The position numbers and the translations under genes were made by a program. Shown one piece after another: positions 50,234 to 59,522 of a DNA stretch of 64,000 bases. Below the pieces are notes generated by a model. It had not been told where the DNA came from, did not search any database, and saw nothing but the letters and a program-made list of their open reading frames with translations. How positions within the stretch are numbered: the first letter of the stretch is position 1; each line of letters starts with the position of its first letter. This DNA is from Promethearchaeota archaeon (GTDB taxonomy: Archaea; Asgardarchaeota; Lokiarchaeia; Sigyniarchaeales; SOKP01), in NCBI GenBank assembly GCA_048940445.1, contig JBHLON010000019.1:1-64000 (forward strand), in the 5' to 3' direction.

Positions 50234-52618
50234 ATGAAAAAATCTAGAAATTTTCAATTTAAATTAGCTATATTTGGATTACTTATATTAGTTAGTTTTA
50301 CTTTCCTTACTCCATCATACGCTCAAAGTCAATTTAATAATGCTAATCCTGTTATTATTGATGGCAATAATGGAACTATGGAACTATCATTGGTAGGAGA
50401 TGGTTCAATTTCTAAGGGAACTAACACTGATAACACAGTTGATAACCCAGATGACATGGTTGAATTATCTGAGGAGGATAAGCTATATAAAATTCCAAAT
50501 TACAATTATAGTGATGCCAATCTAAATGTATACCCAAAATACTATGCTAAAGACGAGACTTTGAAAGAAAATTTTGCTTATATTGATGAAGAGAGAATCA
50601 ATTTAGATTATGGTGATCATCAATACATATCAGATGTGGAAGCGCAAATATCTTCAGTTCAATATACTGTTGATCCTGGAATAGATAATGTTCAATATTT
50701 AAGTGGGTATGAAAGAACATACATAAGTGGAGTAACTGATATGACATGGGAAACTGGAGATATTTCAAAACTTCATGATGAAGATATTACCACGGAAGTG
50801 ATTGAGGTTTGGAAATCTGTAATAGTTCCAGGTGTCGCAGTACCTTGTTCAGCTGATGGTGCAATTTTTGTTGGATCTGAAATACGCAACTCTAGAATGA
50901 ATAAAACTGGAGAACTAGAATGGGATTGGAACTGGGATCTTGAATCTGTTTCTATAATTTTTTGTCTTGAGGGAGAAGCTTTTCTGGGTAATCTTGATGT
51001 AATAGCTGTGGCACAATATGTTTTATTTCAAATGGATATAATGGCAAGAACTGCAGAAGGTCAAAATTATGCAATTCATATTATTAACCCTATTATTAAA
51101 CAAGTTAACCCACTTTTTCAAACAGGTATACAATTATCAGAGATACCAGGAGTAGTAGCAGTTAGTGGGAATGTTGGTTTGTTTTATTATACTCTTGATG
51201 ATTCATATTTTACTAATTTAACTGATATTAATAGATATAGTTCTGAAGTATTAGGATGGAATGGAACCTATGGAAATCCAGTAATAACCTACCGTTTTTG
51301 GTCATATGCGTTAGAAAATGTCATGGGATATGTTGCAGCTAGTCATTTAGGTCTCAATGAATTTAACAGTTTCGATTATACATTTCGTTGGAATAAAGCT
51401 TCGGGAGAACTACATCGTAATTCTGATGTTTACCTCAGTGAACAATTTTATGGTGATGACATAGATATGGATCAGAATTATTTTTTCTCTTCTACAGGGC
51501 ACCTTAGTATTAAACATGGTTGGGATAATAGATTAGAGTTAACTGAAAATAAAAACTACTTCACACTTAAAACTAATTTCTATGAAGGATCAACCTCAGA
51601 TTATTATGAAGCGTATAAATTTATCGTAGTTCATATGGAATATCTAAAAATTCGTTATTACTCCTTTATTCCTTATACTGGATGCGATCTGGAAATCAGT
51701 GGTGATCCTACAACTAGAAATCCAAATTACTGGCAGTATACTTTTACTGAGATTGACCAAACGTTGCTATATAATACAATAGATTCATTTGCTTATATTA
51801 ATTTATCTTATTTGTCGTTAGAAAGCTGGGACGTGGGTTGGGAGTATAATGCTAGTCTGGTGTTTGCATTCCATATTAATATTGGAGAATTTATCTTTGA
51901 AGATACAATCCCTTACTATGATTGTTATGGTGAATATCTCTACGATCTGGGATTCTGGTATAGAGATCTTATCATCAATTGGAAAGAGGTTCAATTAAAA
52001 GGGGTTTATCTTGAGGAGCTCTATATTGACAATATGCTTCAAGCCCCTGACCGAATCTTTTTATATAATAATGATAATAATATTCCAATTTGGGCAACTA
52101 AACAGTCAATATCTAAAAATTGGAGTGAAGGTGAAAGTTATGAGAGCATTGCAATCAAATTTTACACAGAATTCTTCGAACCAGCACTTCTTACCTTACT
52201 TATTGAATTACAAGAGCAAATCTTTTCTAAAAATCACTTTAACTTTACTTTCTCTATATCAGATGAAGAAGGAACATCCATTGACAGTGCTACGATTCAG
52301 ATGTGGTGGCATGGAACAGATGTTTCTAGTGATATTCAAAATATAGGGGGTGGATTATATTTAATCTCTTTAGACCCAATAACAGTTGATCCTGGAGAAG
52401 ATTCAATCTTATTAACTATGATTGCTTCTGCTAGTGGATATGAGGATGCATATTTTGAAACGTATATCTCAGTAGATCCTGATTTACTCCAAGAAGGAGG
52501 TGTTAGTCCTCCTGGAGATTTAACTTTAATTATAACTATTTCTGTTGCAAGTGCTGGAGCTATTATAGGAATAATGAGTATATGGCTAATTAAAAGAAGA
52601 AAAAAAGCGAGAAGTTAA
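50234..52618 (+). CDS. Large secreted cell-surface protein with C-terminal Ig-like module and TM anchor
   Basis: Signal peptide, IDSATIQMWW module, TM plus KRRKK tail. Confidence 0.85.
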   Translation: MKKSRNFQFKLAIFGLLILVSFTFLTPSYAQSQFNNANPVIIDGNNGTMELSLVGDGSISKGTNTDNTVDNPDDMVELSEEDKLYKIPNYNYSDANLNVYPKYYAKDETLKENFAYIDEERINLDYGDHQYISDVEAQISSVQYTVDPGIDNVQYLSGYERTYISGVTDMTWETGDISKLHDEDITTEVIEVWKSVIVPGVAVPCSADGAIFVGSEIRNSRMNKTGELEWDWNWDLESVSIIFCLEGEAFLGNLDVIAVAQYVLFQMDIMARTAEGQNYAIHIINPIIKQVNPLFQTGIQLSEIPGVVAVSGNVGLFYYTLDDSYFTNLTDINRYSSEVLGWNGTYGNPVITYRFWSYALENVMGYVAASHLGLNEFNSFDYTFRWNKASGELHRNSDVYLSEQFYGDDIDMDQNYFFSSTGHLSIKHGWDNRLELTENKNYFTLKTNFYEGSTSDYYEAYKFIVVHMEYLKIRYYSFIPYTGCDLEISGDPTTRNPNYWQYTFTEIDQTLLYNTIDSFAYINLSYLSLESWDVGWEYNASLVFAFHINIGEFIFEDTIPYYDCYGEYLYDLGFWYRDLIINWKEVQLKGVYLEELYIDNMLQAPDRIFLYNNDNNIPIWATKQSISKNWSEGESYESIAIKFYTEFFEPALLTLLIELQEQIFSKNHFNFTFSISDEEGTSIDSATIQMWWHGTDVSSDIQNIGGGLYLISLDPITVDPGEDSILLTMIASASGYEDAYFETYISVDPDLLQEGGVSPPGDLTLIITISVASAGAIIGIMSIWLIKRRKKARS

Positions 52619-52773
52619 TAAAATTTTAAATTATCTTTTTTTTAATAAATATTGAAAAAAGTAAATCATAAACTTTGGCGGTTTACTATTAGTAAGAAGA
52701 AATAGAAAGCCAAACTAAACTTAAATTCTTATTTTTTATATTTCATATCGAAAAATGAATTAATAGATATTTT

Positions 52774-52803
52774 TGTAAAAAATCCTTCCTTGTGGTTTTA
52801 AAT
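52774..52803 (+). promoter_or_regulatory. Conserved upstream motif, copy 2
   Basis: TGTAAAAAATCCTTCCTTGTGGTTTTAAAT. Confidence 0.8.
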
Positions 52804-52850
52804 ATATAGTTCAAAGAATTATCTCATAACTACAATATTGTATAAAAAAG

Positions 52851-55800
52851 ATGATAAAAATGCGAAAAAACAAAAAAATCTTGTTAATAACAACATTAGT
52901 CATATCACTAATCATAGTCTCAAGTTTATTAGGTAATCAAAGAAACGTTAAACATTCCATTGTTAACAAAAATAATAAGGAGAATAGAAATGTGAGAAAC
53001 TATCTATCTACTAGTAATTCACATACACAGGAGTGGAATCGTACATGGGGCGGGAGTAATTATGATGAAGGTATGGGAGTGGCAGTGGATTCAGCAGATA
53101 ATGTATATCTTGCAGGTTACACATATAGTTTTGGAGCAGGATCAGATGATATGATTCTGACGAAATATAACAGTTTGGGTGTGCAGCAATGGAATCGCAC
53201 ATGGGGCGGGAGTAATTATGATGAAGGTATGGGAGTGGCAGTGGATTCAGCAGATAATGTATATCTTGCGGGTTACACAGAAAGTTTCGGGGCGGGATCA
53301 GGTGATATGGTTCTGGCGAAATATAACAGTTTGGGTGTGCAGCAATGGAATTGCACATGGGGCGGGAGTAGTTCGGATATGGGCACGGGAGTGGCAGTGG
53401 ATTCAACAGATAATGTATATCTAGTGGGTTACACATATAGCTTTGGAGCAGGCTATTATGATATGGTTCTGGCGAAATATAACAGTTTAGGTGTGCAGCA
53501 ATGGAATCGCACATGGGGCGGGAGTAGTATTGATGAAGGTACTGGAGTGGCAGTGGATTCAGCAGATAATGTATATCTTGCGGGTTACACATATAATTTC
53601 GGGGCGGGATCAGGTGATATGGTTCTGGCGAAATATAACAGTTTGGGTGTGCAGCAATGGAATTGTACGTGGGGCGGAAGTAGTTTGGATGAAGGTACGG
53701 GAGTGGCAGTGGATTCAGCAGATAATGTATATCTAGTTGGTTACACACTTAGTTTTGGAGCAGGCTATTATGATATGGTTCTGGCGAAATATAACAGTTT
53801 AGGTGTGCAGCAATGGAATCGCACATGGGGCGGGAGTAGTATTGATGAAGGTACTGGAGTGGCAGTGGATTCAGCAGATAATGTATATCTTGCGGGTTAC
53901 ACATATAATTTCGGGGCGGGATCAGGTGATATGGTTCTGGCGAAATATAACAGTTTGGGTGTGCAGCAATGGAATTGTACGTGGGGCGGAAGTAGTTTGG
54001 ATGAAGGTACGGGAGTGGCAGTGGATTCAGCAGATAATGTATATCTAGTGGGTATCACAAGTAGTTTTGGAGCAGGATCATATGATATGGTTTTGGTGAA
54101 ATTTACTATATTACCAAGGATTAACATAATTACACCAGAAAATATAACCTATACCGCACCGATGAGTGGATATTATCCAGCGAACTATGGATTTGAGAAT
54201 GATAATAATGGAGATGTACCAAAAGGTTGGAATTATTGGGTATCTATGAATAATCCTGTCCCTCAGGTTATTGCATCAATGGAAACTCACAATAAAGTTG
54301 TTGAGTTTTACGATCAAACAAGTGGTGGACAAGTGAGTCTTACTCAAACTTTCAATGAGAATAAAACTAGTGGAACAATAGAATTTTGGTTTTATACCAC
54401 GGATATAACTCAAAGAACAAGGATTGCTGCTCGGAATTCGACCTCAAGTCAATCATTTGATATCAGGGTAGAATCCTCCAAATGGCAGTATTATAATGGT
54501 TCAACATGGAATGATGTTCCGAATGTGGCAGCGCCGCAAAATAATAGATGGATGCATGTAAGGATTGATTTTGAATGTGGTAATGGAGGGTATTTAGGAT
54601 TAGGAAATGATGAATATTATCTCACTATTGATGGAATAAAGTCAAATAACCTCCCTTTTAGCAATAAAATGGATAAAATTGAAATATTTATTCTATTTTC
54701 TGGAGTCGATGCAACTAATTTTCATTTTTATATAGATGCGGTTGGGTATTCTTGGGATCCAAATTACAATATTGGAGATAATCTCTATGAAGGATTATTA
54801 CTTAGCTATGAATCCAATATAAACTCAGATTGGTGGGAATATTCGTTAGATAGTCAAAATAATGTAACAATATTAGGGAATACAACTATTCCATTGCCCG
54901 AAAATGGGACTCATACAATTCAAGTATTTGGAAATAGTTCCTATGGCATGGAATGTCAATCTGAAATAAGACATTTCATTATTGATTATCCAATTGAATT
55001 AATAACTCCAGAAAGCGGAGTATTTACAGGACCAATGAGTGGGTATTATCCAGCGACCTATGGATTTGAAAATGATAATAATGGAGATGTACCAGAAGGT
55101 TGGCATTATTGGGTATCTAGTATTAATCCTGTCCCTCAGGTTATTGCATCAATGGAAACTCACAATAAAGTTGTTGAGTTTTACGATCAAACAAGTGGTG
55201 GACAAGTGAGTCTTACCCAAACTTTTAATGAGAATAAAACTAGTGGAACAATAGAATTTTGGTTTTATACTACGGATATAACTCAAAGAACAAGGATTGC
55301 TGCTCGGAATTCGACCTCAAGTCAATCATTTGATATCATGGTAGAATCCTCCAAATGGCAGTATTATAATGGTTCAACATGGAATGATGTCCCGAATGTG
55401 GCAGCGCCGCAAAATAATAGATGGATGCATGTAAGAATTGATTTTGAATGTGGTAATGGAGGGTATTTAGGATTAGGAAAAAATGAATATTATCTCACTA
55501 TTGATGGAATAAAGTCAAATAACCTCCCTTTTAGCAATAAAATCGATAAAATTGAAACATTTATTCTATTTTCTGGAGTCGATGCAACTAATTTTCATTA
55601 TTATTTAGATGCGGTTGGGTATTCTTGGGATCCAAATTACAACATCGGAGATAACTTAAATGAAGGACTATTGCTGAGTTTTGAAAATAACACTGTTTTA
55701 GATTGGATTGGGTATTCACTTGATGGCCAAGCTTATAGAACCATCTTAGGAAATTGTACTTTCCCATTACCTGAAAATGGACCTCATTCAATTAAAATTT

Positions 55801-56540
55801 TTGGTAATAATTCATTAGGAACTATAGTTCACTCTAATATTAGGCATTTCTTAGTTACAATTTATCCTGAGATTGAAATCATCTCTCCTTGTCAAAATGA
55901 AATTTTTGGGAGTATCGCCCCAAATTTTGAAATAACTGTTAAAGAACTTAACCTACATTCTACATGGTATTCCTTAGACGGTGGTGTTACAAATATTACA
56001 TTTTCTGGATTAATTGGGACAATAGATCAACTAGAATGGGATAAGAAAGGAGATGGTTTAGTGATTATAAGATTCTACGCAAATGATACTGGTGGCTTAA
56101 AGAGTTTTATAGAAGTCCAAGTTCTAAAAGATACGACAGATCCGATTTTTACAGATACACCGAGCGATTTCACTGTTGATTATGGCTACACTGGAATAAG
56201 TATTTCATGGACTGCAACAGATTTAACTCCTAGGGCCTATACCATTGAACTTCAAGGGTTTGGTATTGTAGTTCCTCCAACTACATGGTTAAGCGGAGTG
56301 GTTATCACATATAATGTTCCCAATGGTCTATCTGCAGGAACTTATCTTTATACCATCAATATCACAGACGGTTGCGGAAATTCAAATGATCATACAGTAG
56401 TTATGACAGTAAAGGAAGAAATTCCAAGTGGAGTAATTCCTTTCGAACTAATACTTATTGTTTCGACTGTCATAGGTGGAGGGGCAGTGATTGGTATTGC
56501 AGTTGCGTTATTCATGAGAAGACGACGAAAGGCACCCTAA
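52851..56540 (+). CDS. Cell-surface protein: SBBP-type beta-propeller, two LamG/ConA-like domains, Ig-like domains and TM anchor
   Basis: Signal peptide; seven WNxTWGG..D.G.GVAVDSADNVYL.G repeats; duplicated SGTIEFWF domain; TM plus RRRRK. Confidence 0.9.
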   Translation: MIKMRKNKKILLITTLVISLIIVSSLLGNQRNVKHSIVNKNNKENRNVRNYLSTSNSHTQEWNRTWGGSNYDEGMGVAVDSADNVYLAGYTYSFGAGSDDMILTKYNSLGVQQWNRTWGGSNYDEGMGVAVDSADNVYLAGYTESFGAGSGDMVLAKYNSLGVQQWNCTWGGSSSDMGTGVAVDSTDNVYLVGYTYSFGAGYYDMVLAKYNSLGVQQWNRTWGGSSIDEGTGVAVDSADNVYLAGYTYNFGAGSGDMVLAKYNSLGVQQWNCTWGGSSLDEGTGVAVDSADNVYLVGYTLSFGAGYYDMVLAKYNSLGVQQWNRTWGGSSIDEGTGVAVDSADNVYLAGYTYNFGAGSGDMVLAKYNSLGVQQWNCTWGGSSLDEGTGVAVDSADNVYLVGITSSFGAGSYDMVLVKFTILPRINIITPENITYTAPMSGYYPANYGFENDNNGDVPKGWNYWVSMNNPVPQVIASMETHNKVVEFYDQTSGGQVSLTQTFNENKTSGTIEFWFYTTDITQRTRIAARNSTSSQSFDIRVESSKWQYYNGSTWNDVPNVAAPQNNRWMHVRIDFECGNGGYLGLGNDEYYLTIDGIKSNNLPFSNKMDKIEIFILFSGVDATNFHFYIDAVGYSWDPNYNIGDNLYEGLLLSYESNINSDWWEYSLDSQNNVTILGNTTIPLPENGTHTIQVFGNSSYGMECQSEIRHFIIDYPIELITPESGVFTGPMSGYYPATYGFENDNNGDVPEGWHYWVSSINPVPQVIASMETHNKVVEFYDQTSGGQVSLTQTFNENKTSGTIEFWFYTTDITQRTRIAARNSTSSQSFDIMVESSKWQYYNGSTWNDVPNVAAPQNNRWMHVRIDFECGNGGYLGLGKNEYYLTIDGIKSNNLPFSNKIDKIETFILFSGVDATNFHYYLDAVGYSWDPNYNIGDNLNEGLLLSFENNTVLDWIGYSLDGQAYRTILGNCTFPLPENGPHSIKIFGNNSLGTIVHSNIRHFLVTIYPEIEIISPCQNEIFGSIAPNFEITVKELNLHSTWYSLDGGVTNITFSGLIGTIDQLEWDKKGDGLVIIRFYANDTGGLKSFIEVQVLKDTTDPIFTDTPSDFTVDYGYTGISISWTATDLTPRAYTIELQGFGIVVPPTTWLSGVVITYNVPNGLSAGTYLYTINITDGCGNSNDHTVVMTVKEEIPSGVIPFELILIVSTVIGGGAVIGIAVALFMRRRRKAP
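53028..54105 (+). repeat. Intragenic 156-bp tandem repeat x7 with 312-bp higher-order unit
   Basis: Units start at 53028, 53184, 53340, 53496, 53652, 53808 and 53964. Confidence 0.95.
54159..55675 (+). repeat. Intragenic direct duplication, offset about 873 bp
   Basis: About 54159-54800 and 55032-55675 are near-identical at DNA level. Confidence 0.9.
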
Positions 56541-56577
56541 TTTTAAAATATTAAAATTATTTTTATTTTTTTTCTTT

Positions 56578-56607
56578 TGTAAAAAATCCTTCCTTATAGT
56601 TTTATAT
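56578..56607 (+). promoter_or_regulatory. Conserved upstream motif, copy 3
   Basis: TGTAAAAAATCCTTCCTTATAGTTTTATAT. Confidence 0.8.
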
Positions 56608-56659
56608 ATAGAGTTCAACTCCATTTATAACAAACATAAAATTTGTAAAGGTGAGATAA

Positions 56660-58216
56660 TTGAAAAAGAGATTAATTATTTTACTATTGAGCGTTGTTTT
56701 ATTCTTAATTATTCTACAATCTTCTGTTGTTATTAATGGCCGTTCAAAAAGCCAAATTTCAGGAGATAATGACATAAGAACCGTAAAAAGTTCATCAAGT
56801 GATTGTGGAATTGCTATTTGTGATTATAATGGATCTCAGTGGAATCCTAAAATATGTAGTAGTGGAGCTGGAAATGCTATTATTATATGGTGTGATCATA
56901 GAAGTGGTTCAGATACCGATCTCTATGCACAAAAAATCGATCTAGATGGTAACGCTGATTGGCAAACAAATGGCATTATGATCTTTAACTCTACAAAGGA
57001 AAATCTTAATTTAGAGACATGCAGCGATGGGATGGGAGGAGTTATAATGACATGGAATCAAGTAGTACTTGTTACTGAAAGTGCAATATACGCTCAAAGA
57101 ATTGATTCAAATGGAAATATAGTATGGAATCCGAGCGGTGCCTTGATATTGTTCTCAGATACTTTCAATTTATTTACTCCTCATTTATGTTCCGATGAGA
57201 CAGGTGGAGCAATTGTAACATGGTTTAATGAAGACAATAATAGTATACAAGCTCAGCGGATTGATATGAATGGTGATTTATTATGGGGTAGTAGCGGTAT
57301 AACTGTACGCTCAATTAATGCCAGTGAACCCATGATATGTAGTGATGGTTTTGGTGGAGCTATCATCAGTTGGGAAGATTCAAGACATTATAATATGAAC
57401 TATCAAGATATTTATGCTCAAAGAATAGATTCAAATGGTAACTTAATGTGGGATACTAATGGTGTAGCAATCTGTACAACAACAGATTCTCAAGCTTATC
57501 CTAAAATATGTAGTGATAATGCTGGAGGTGCAATAATCACGTGGGAAGATTCAAGAAATGGTTTATATGCACAACGAGTAGATTCTGATGGTAATTGCTT
57601 ATGGGACAATAATGGTTCCTGTATATCTGAATTTAATGGATGGGATATCTCTATTCAACCAGATGGACAAAATGGTGCTGTATTTGGCTTTGATACTTAT
57701 GTGGACATAACTCCAACCATAGGTGCACAAAGGATAGATTCCAACGGAAATCGATTGTGGGGCATAAATGGCACAACTTTATATTCAGGTGAATACGGAG
57801 AAAATAACTGTGAATATCCCCAAATATGTAGTAATCAGGGAGGAGCAATTATAACATGGCAAATCTATAACTATAATACACATACAATAGATATTTATGT
57901 TCAAAAAGTTACTTCTGGTGGAAATATTTTATGGCAATCAAATGGCGTACCTATTTGCATTTATGCTTCAGACCTTCGGGATCCCTTTCCACAGATATGT
58001 AATGATGGTTTTGGTGGAGCATATATAACTTGGAGACATGACATAAATTTGGCTAGTGATATCAGAGCTCAACATATTACTTCAGATGGTCATTTTCCCT
58101 GGACTGAACCTAGTATTCCATTTGGAAATGTCCATTTCTTATGGATTATTATTTCCGTTTTATCATTGATACTATTCATAAAGCGCAAACGTGTGAAATA
58201 TTTTAATCCAAAATAA
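56660..58216 (+). CDS. Secreted beta-propeller repeat surface protein with C-terminal anchor
   Basis: Signal peptide; about 7 repeats of P.ICSDG.GGAIITW..YAQRIDSNGN..W; IPFG, TM and KRKR tail. Confidence 0.85.
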   Translation: MKKRLIILLLSVVLFLIILQSSVVINGRSKSQISGDNDIRTVKSSSSDCGIAICDYNGSQWNPKICSSGAGNAIIIWCDHRSGSDTDLYAQKIDLDGNADWQTNGIMIFNSTKENLNLETCSDGMGGVIMTWNQVVLVTESAIYAQRIDSNGNIVWNPSGALILFSDTFNLFTPHLCSDETGGAIVTWFNEDNNSIQAQRIDMNGDLLWGSSGITVRSINASEPMICSDGFGGAIISWEDSRHYNMNYQDIYAQRIDSNGNLMWDTNGVAICTTTDSQAYPKICSDNAGGAIITWEDSRNGLYAQRVDSDGNCLWDNNGSCISEFNGWDISIQPDGQNGAVFGFDTYVDITPTIGAQRIDSNGNRLWGINGTTLYSGEYGENNCEYPQICSNQGGAIITWQIYNYNTHTIDIYVQKVTSGGNILWQSNGVPICIYASDLRDPFPQICNDGFGGAYITWRHDINLASDIRAQHITSDGHFPWTEPSIPFGNVHFLWIIISVLSLILFIKRKRVKYFNPK

Positions 58217-58376
58217 CTTTTTTTTTATTATTTCTTGACTTTCAATATTTTCTTAATTATTATTGTTTTATCAGAGAGCAGAGAATTTGTCATAATGATA
58301 AATCGTTTTTAGAAAATGATTTAAGTATTATATTGGTTTCATTTTAAAAAAAAGAAATTAGTAATTAATGTCCGAT

Positions 58377-58406
58377 TGTAAAAAATCCTTCCTTGTGATT
58401 TTAAAT
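58377..58406 (+). promoter_or_regulatory. Conserved upstream motif, copy 4
   Basis: TGTAAAAAATCCTTCCTTGTGATTTTAAAT. Confidence 0.8.
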
Positions 58407-58467
58407 AGATCACTAAACATAATTTGTTTTAAACATAAATTTTCTAAACAAAAATAGGTGAAGAATT

Positions 58468-59103
58468 ATAGAAATAAAGGATAATATTAAACAAAGTGAA
58501 TTAAAACCATTTAAAATAACATATATAACAACATTTTCAATCATCTTACTATTCGATATTATTATTATAGTTGTGCTATTTTCAATATGGGCGAATCTTG
58601 AAGCATTAACTATATTAAAATATCCGATGTTTATATGGATGTATATTCTATTTTTATTTTCTCCGATTATCAAAGTAGGATTTGAAATTTATGAATTGGT
58701 GAGATTTTCAAAATTTTTAAAATCGGGTCAGCAAAATAAAGAACAAGCTATGAGGGTGGCTCGAGGCTTTCTAGGAACCAGAATTTATCGTGTTTATTAT
58801 ATCGCATTAATGATGGGATTGATTGTTTGGATGGAAATAATTCAATATATTTCGTTGCTGCCATTTGCCCATGGTCCAGGAGAATCAGAATACCTAGAAT
58901 TTTACTTTTGGTTTTCAATCTTACTCTTTATTCATATCCTTCCTTTATTCATCGGTCCACAGATCATAAAGTTTTCGATAGATCCAACTGATAGAGTGAA
59001 TAAAATTAAAATGATCGTTTACACAATAGTCTGGACGATTGTGTTGATACTTGTATTAAACCTAAATTTCATAATACTATTATTTGCTTTTATCCTTGGA
59101 TAA
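58468..59103 (+). CDS. Multi-pass membrane protein
   Basis: The frame of the 58573 ORF stays open back to 58462; ATA 58468 follows AGGTGA; about 5 TM segments; start uncertain. Confidence 0.6.
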   Translation: MEIKDNIKQSELKPFKITYITTFSIILLFDIIIIVVLFSIWANLEALTILKYPMFIWMYILFLFSPIIKVGFEIYELVRFSKFLKSGQQNKEQAMRVARGFLGTRIYRVYYIALMMGLIVWMEIIQYISLLPFAHGPGESEYLEFYFWFSILLFIHILPLFIGPQIIKFSIDPTDRVNKIKMIVYTIVWTIVLILVLNLNFIILLFAFILG

Positions 59104-59211
59104 AAACCTACTATCAACTTTTTATTTTTTCTTTCTATATTAAGTGATAATCTTCATGATCATGATCATCAAATAATAATTATTTTGTTCTAGTAATATT
59201 GATTTTCCCTC

Positions 59212-59392
59212 GGAGGTTTGAAATCAGAGACGTGCTTTAGGAACAATTGGTGACATACAAGTTGTAAAACTAGTATGGCATTTAAGAGGTGATTCTGAAA
59301 AAAGACAAGTTGATGGTGCTGAAACTGGAATTACATGCAATTTTGGAGGATTTGGTAATAATTTAACATCAATATTATTAAAGAGAGTGTGA
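59212..59392 (+). pseudogene. Diverged copy of the 3' end of the 48560-49783 thiolase
   Basis: GGLKS/(frameshift)RALGTIGDIQVVKLVWHLRGDSEKRQVDGAETGITCNFGGFGNNLTSILLKRV*. Confidence 0.85.
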
Positions 59393-59522
59393 TTTTGATA
59401 AAATATTACTTTTATTCATAATATGAGAGAAAATTATATTGTAGAATTTGTGATTGTTGCTGAGATTCTTGAATTATCCCCCAAAATAAGAAGAATTTTA
59501 AAAAAAAATAAATTTTAAGATT

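Noticed and set aside
53011-54127. Repeats as a CRISPR array or DGR; alternative-frame ORFs 53011-53748, 53179-, 53491- and 53803-
   Set aside because: The units are in-frame 52-aa protein repeats without unique spacers; there is no cas or reverse transcriptase gene; the overlapping ORFs are shadows of the repeat
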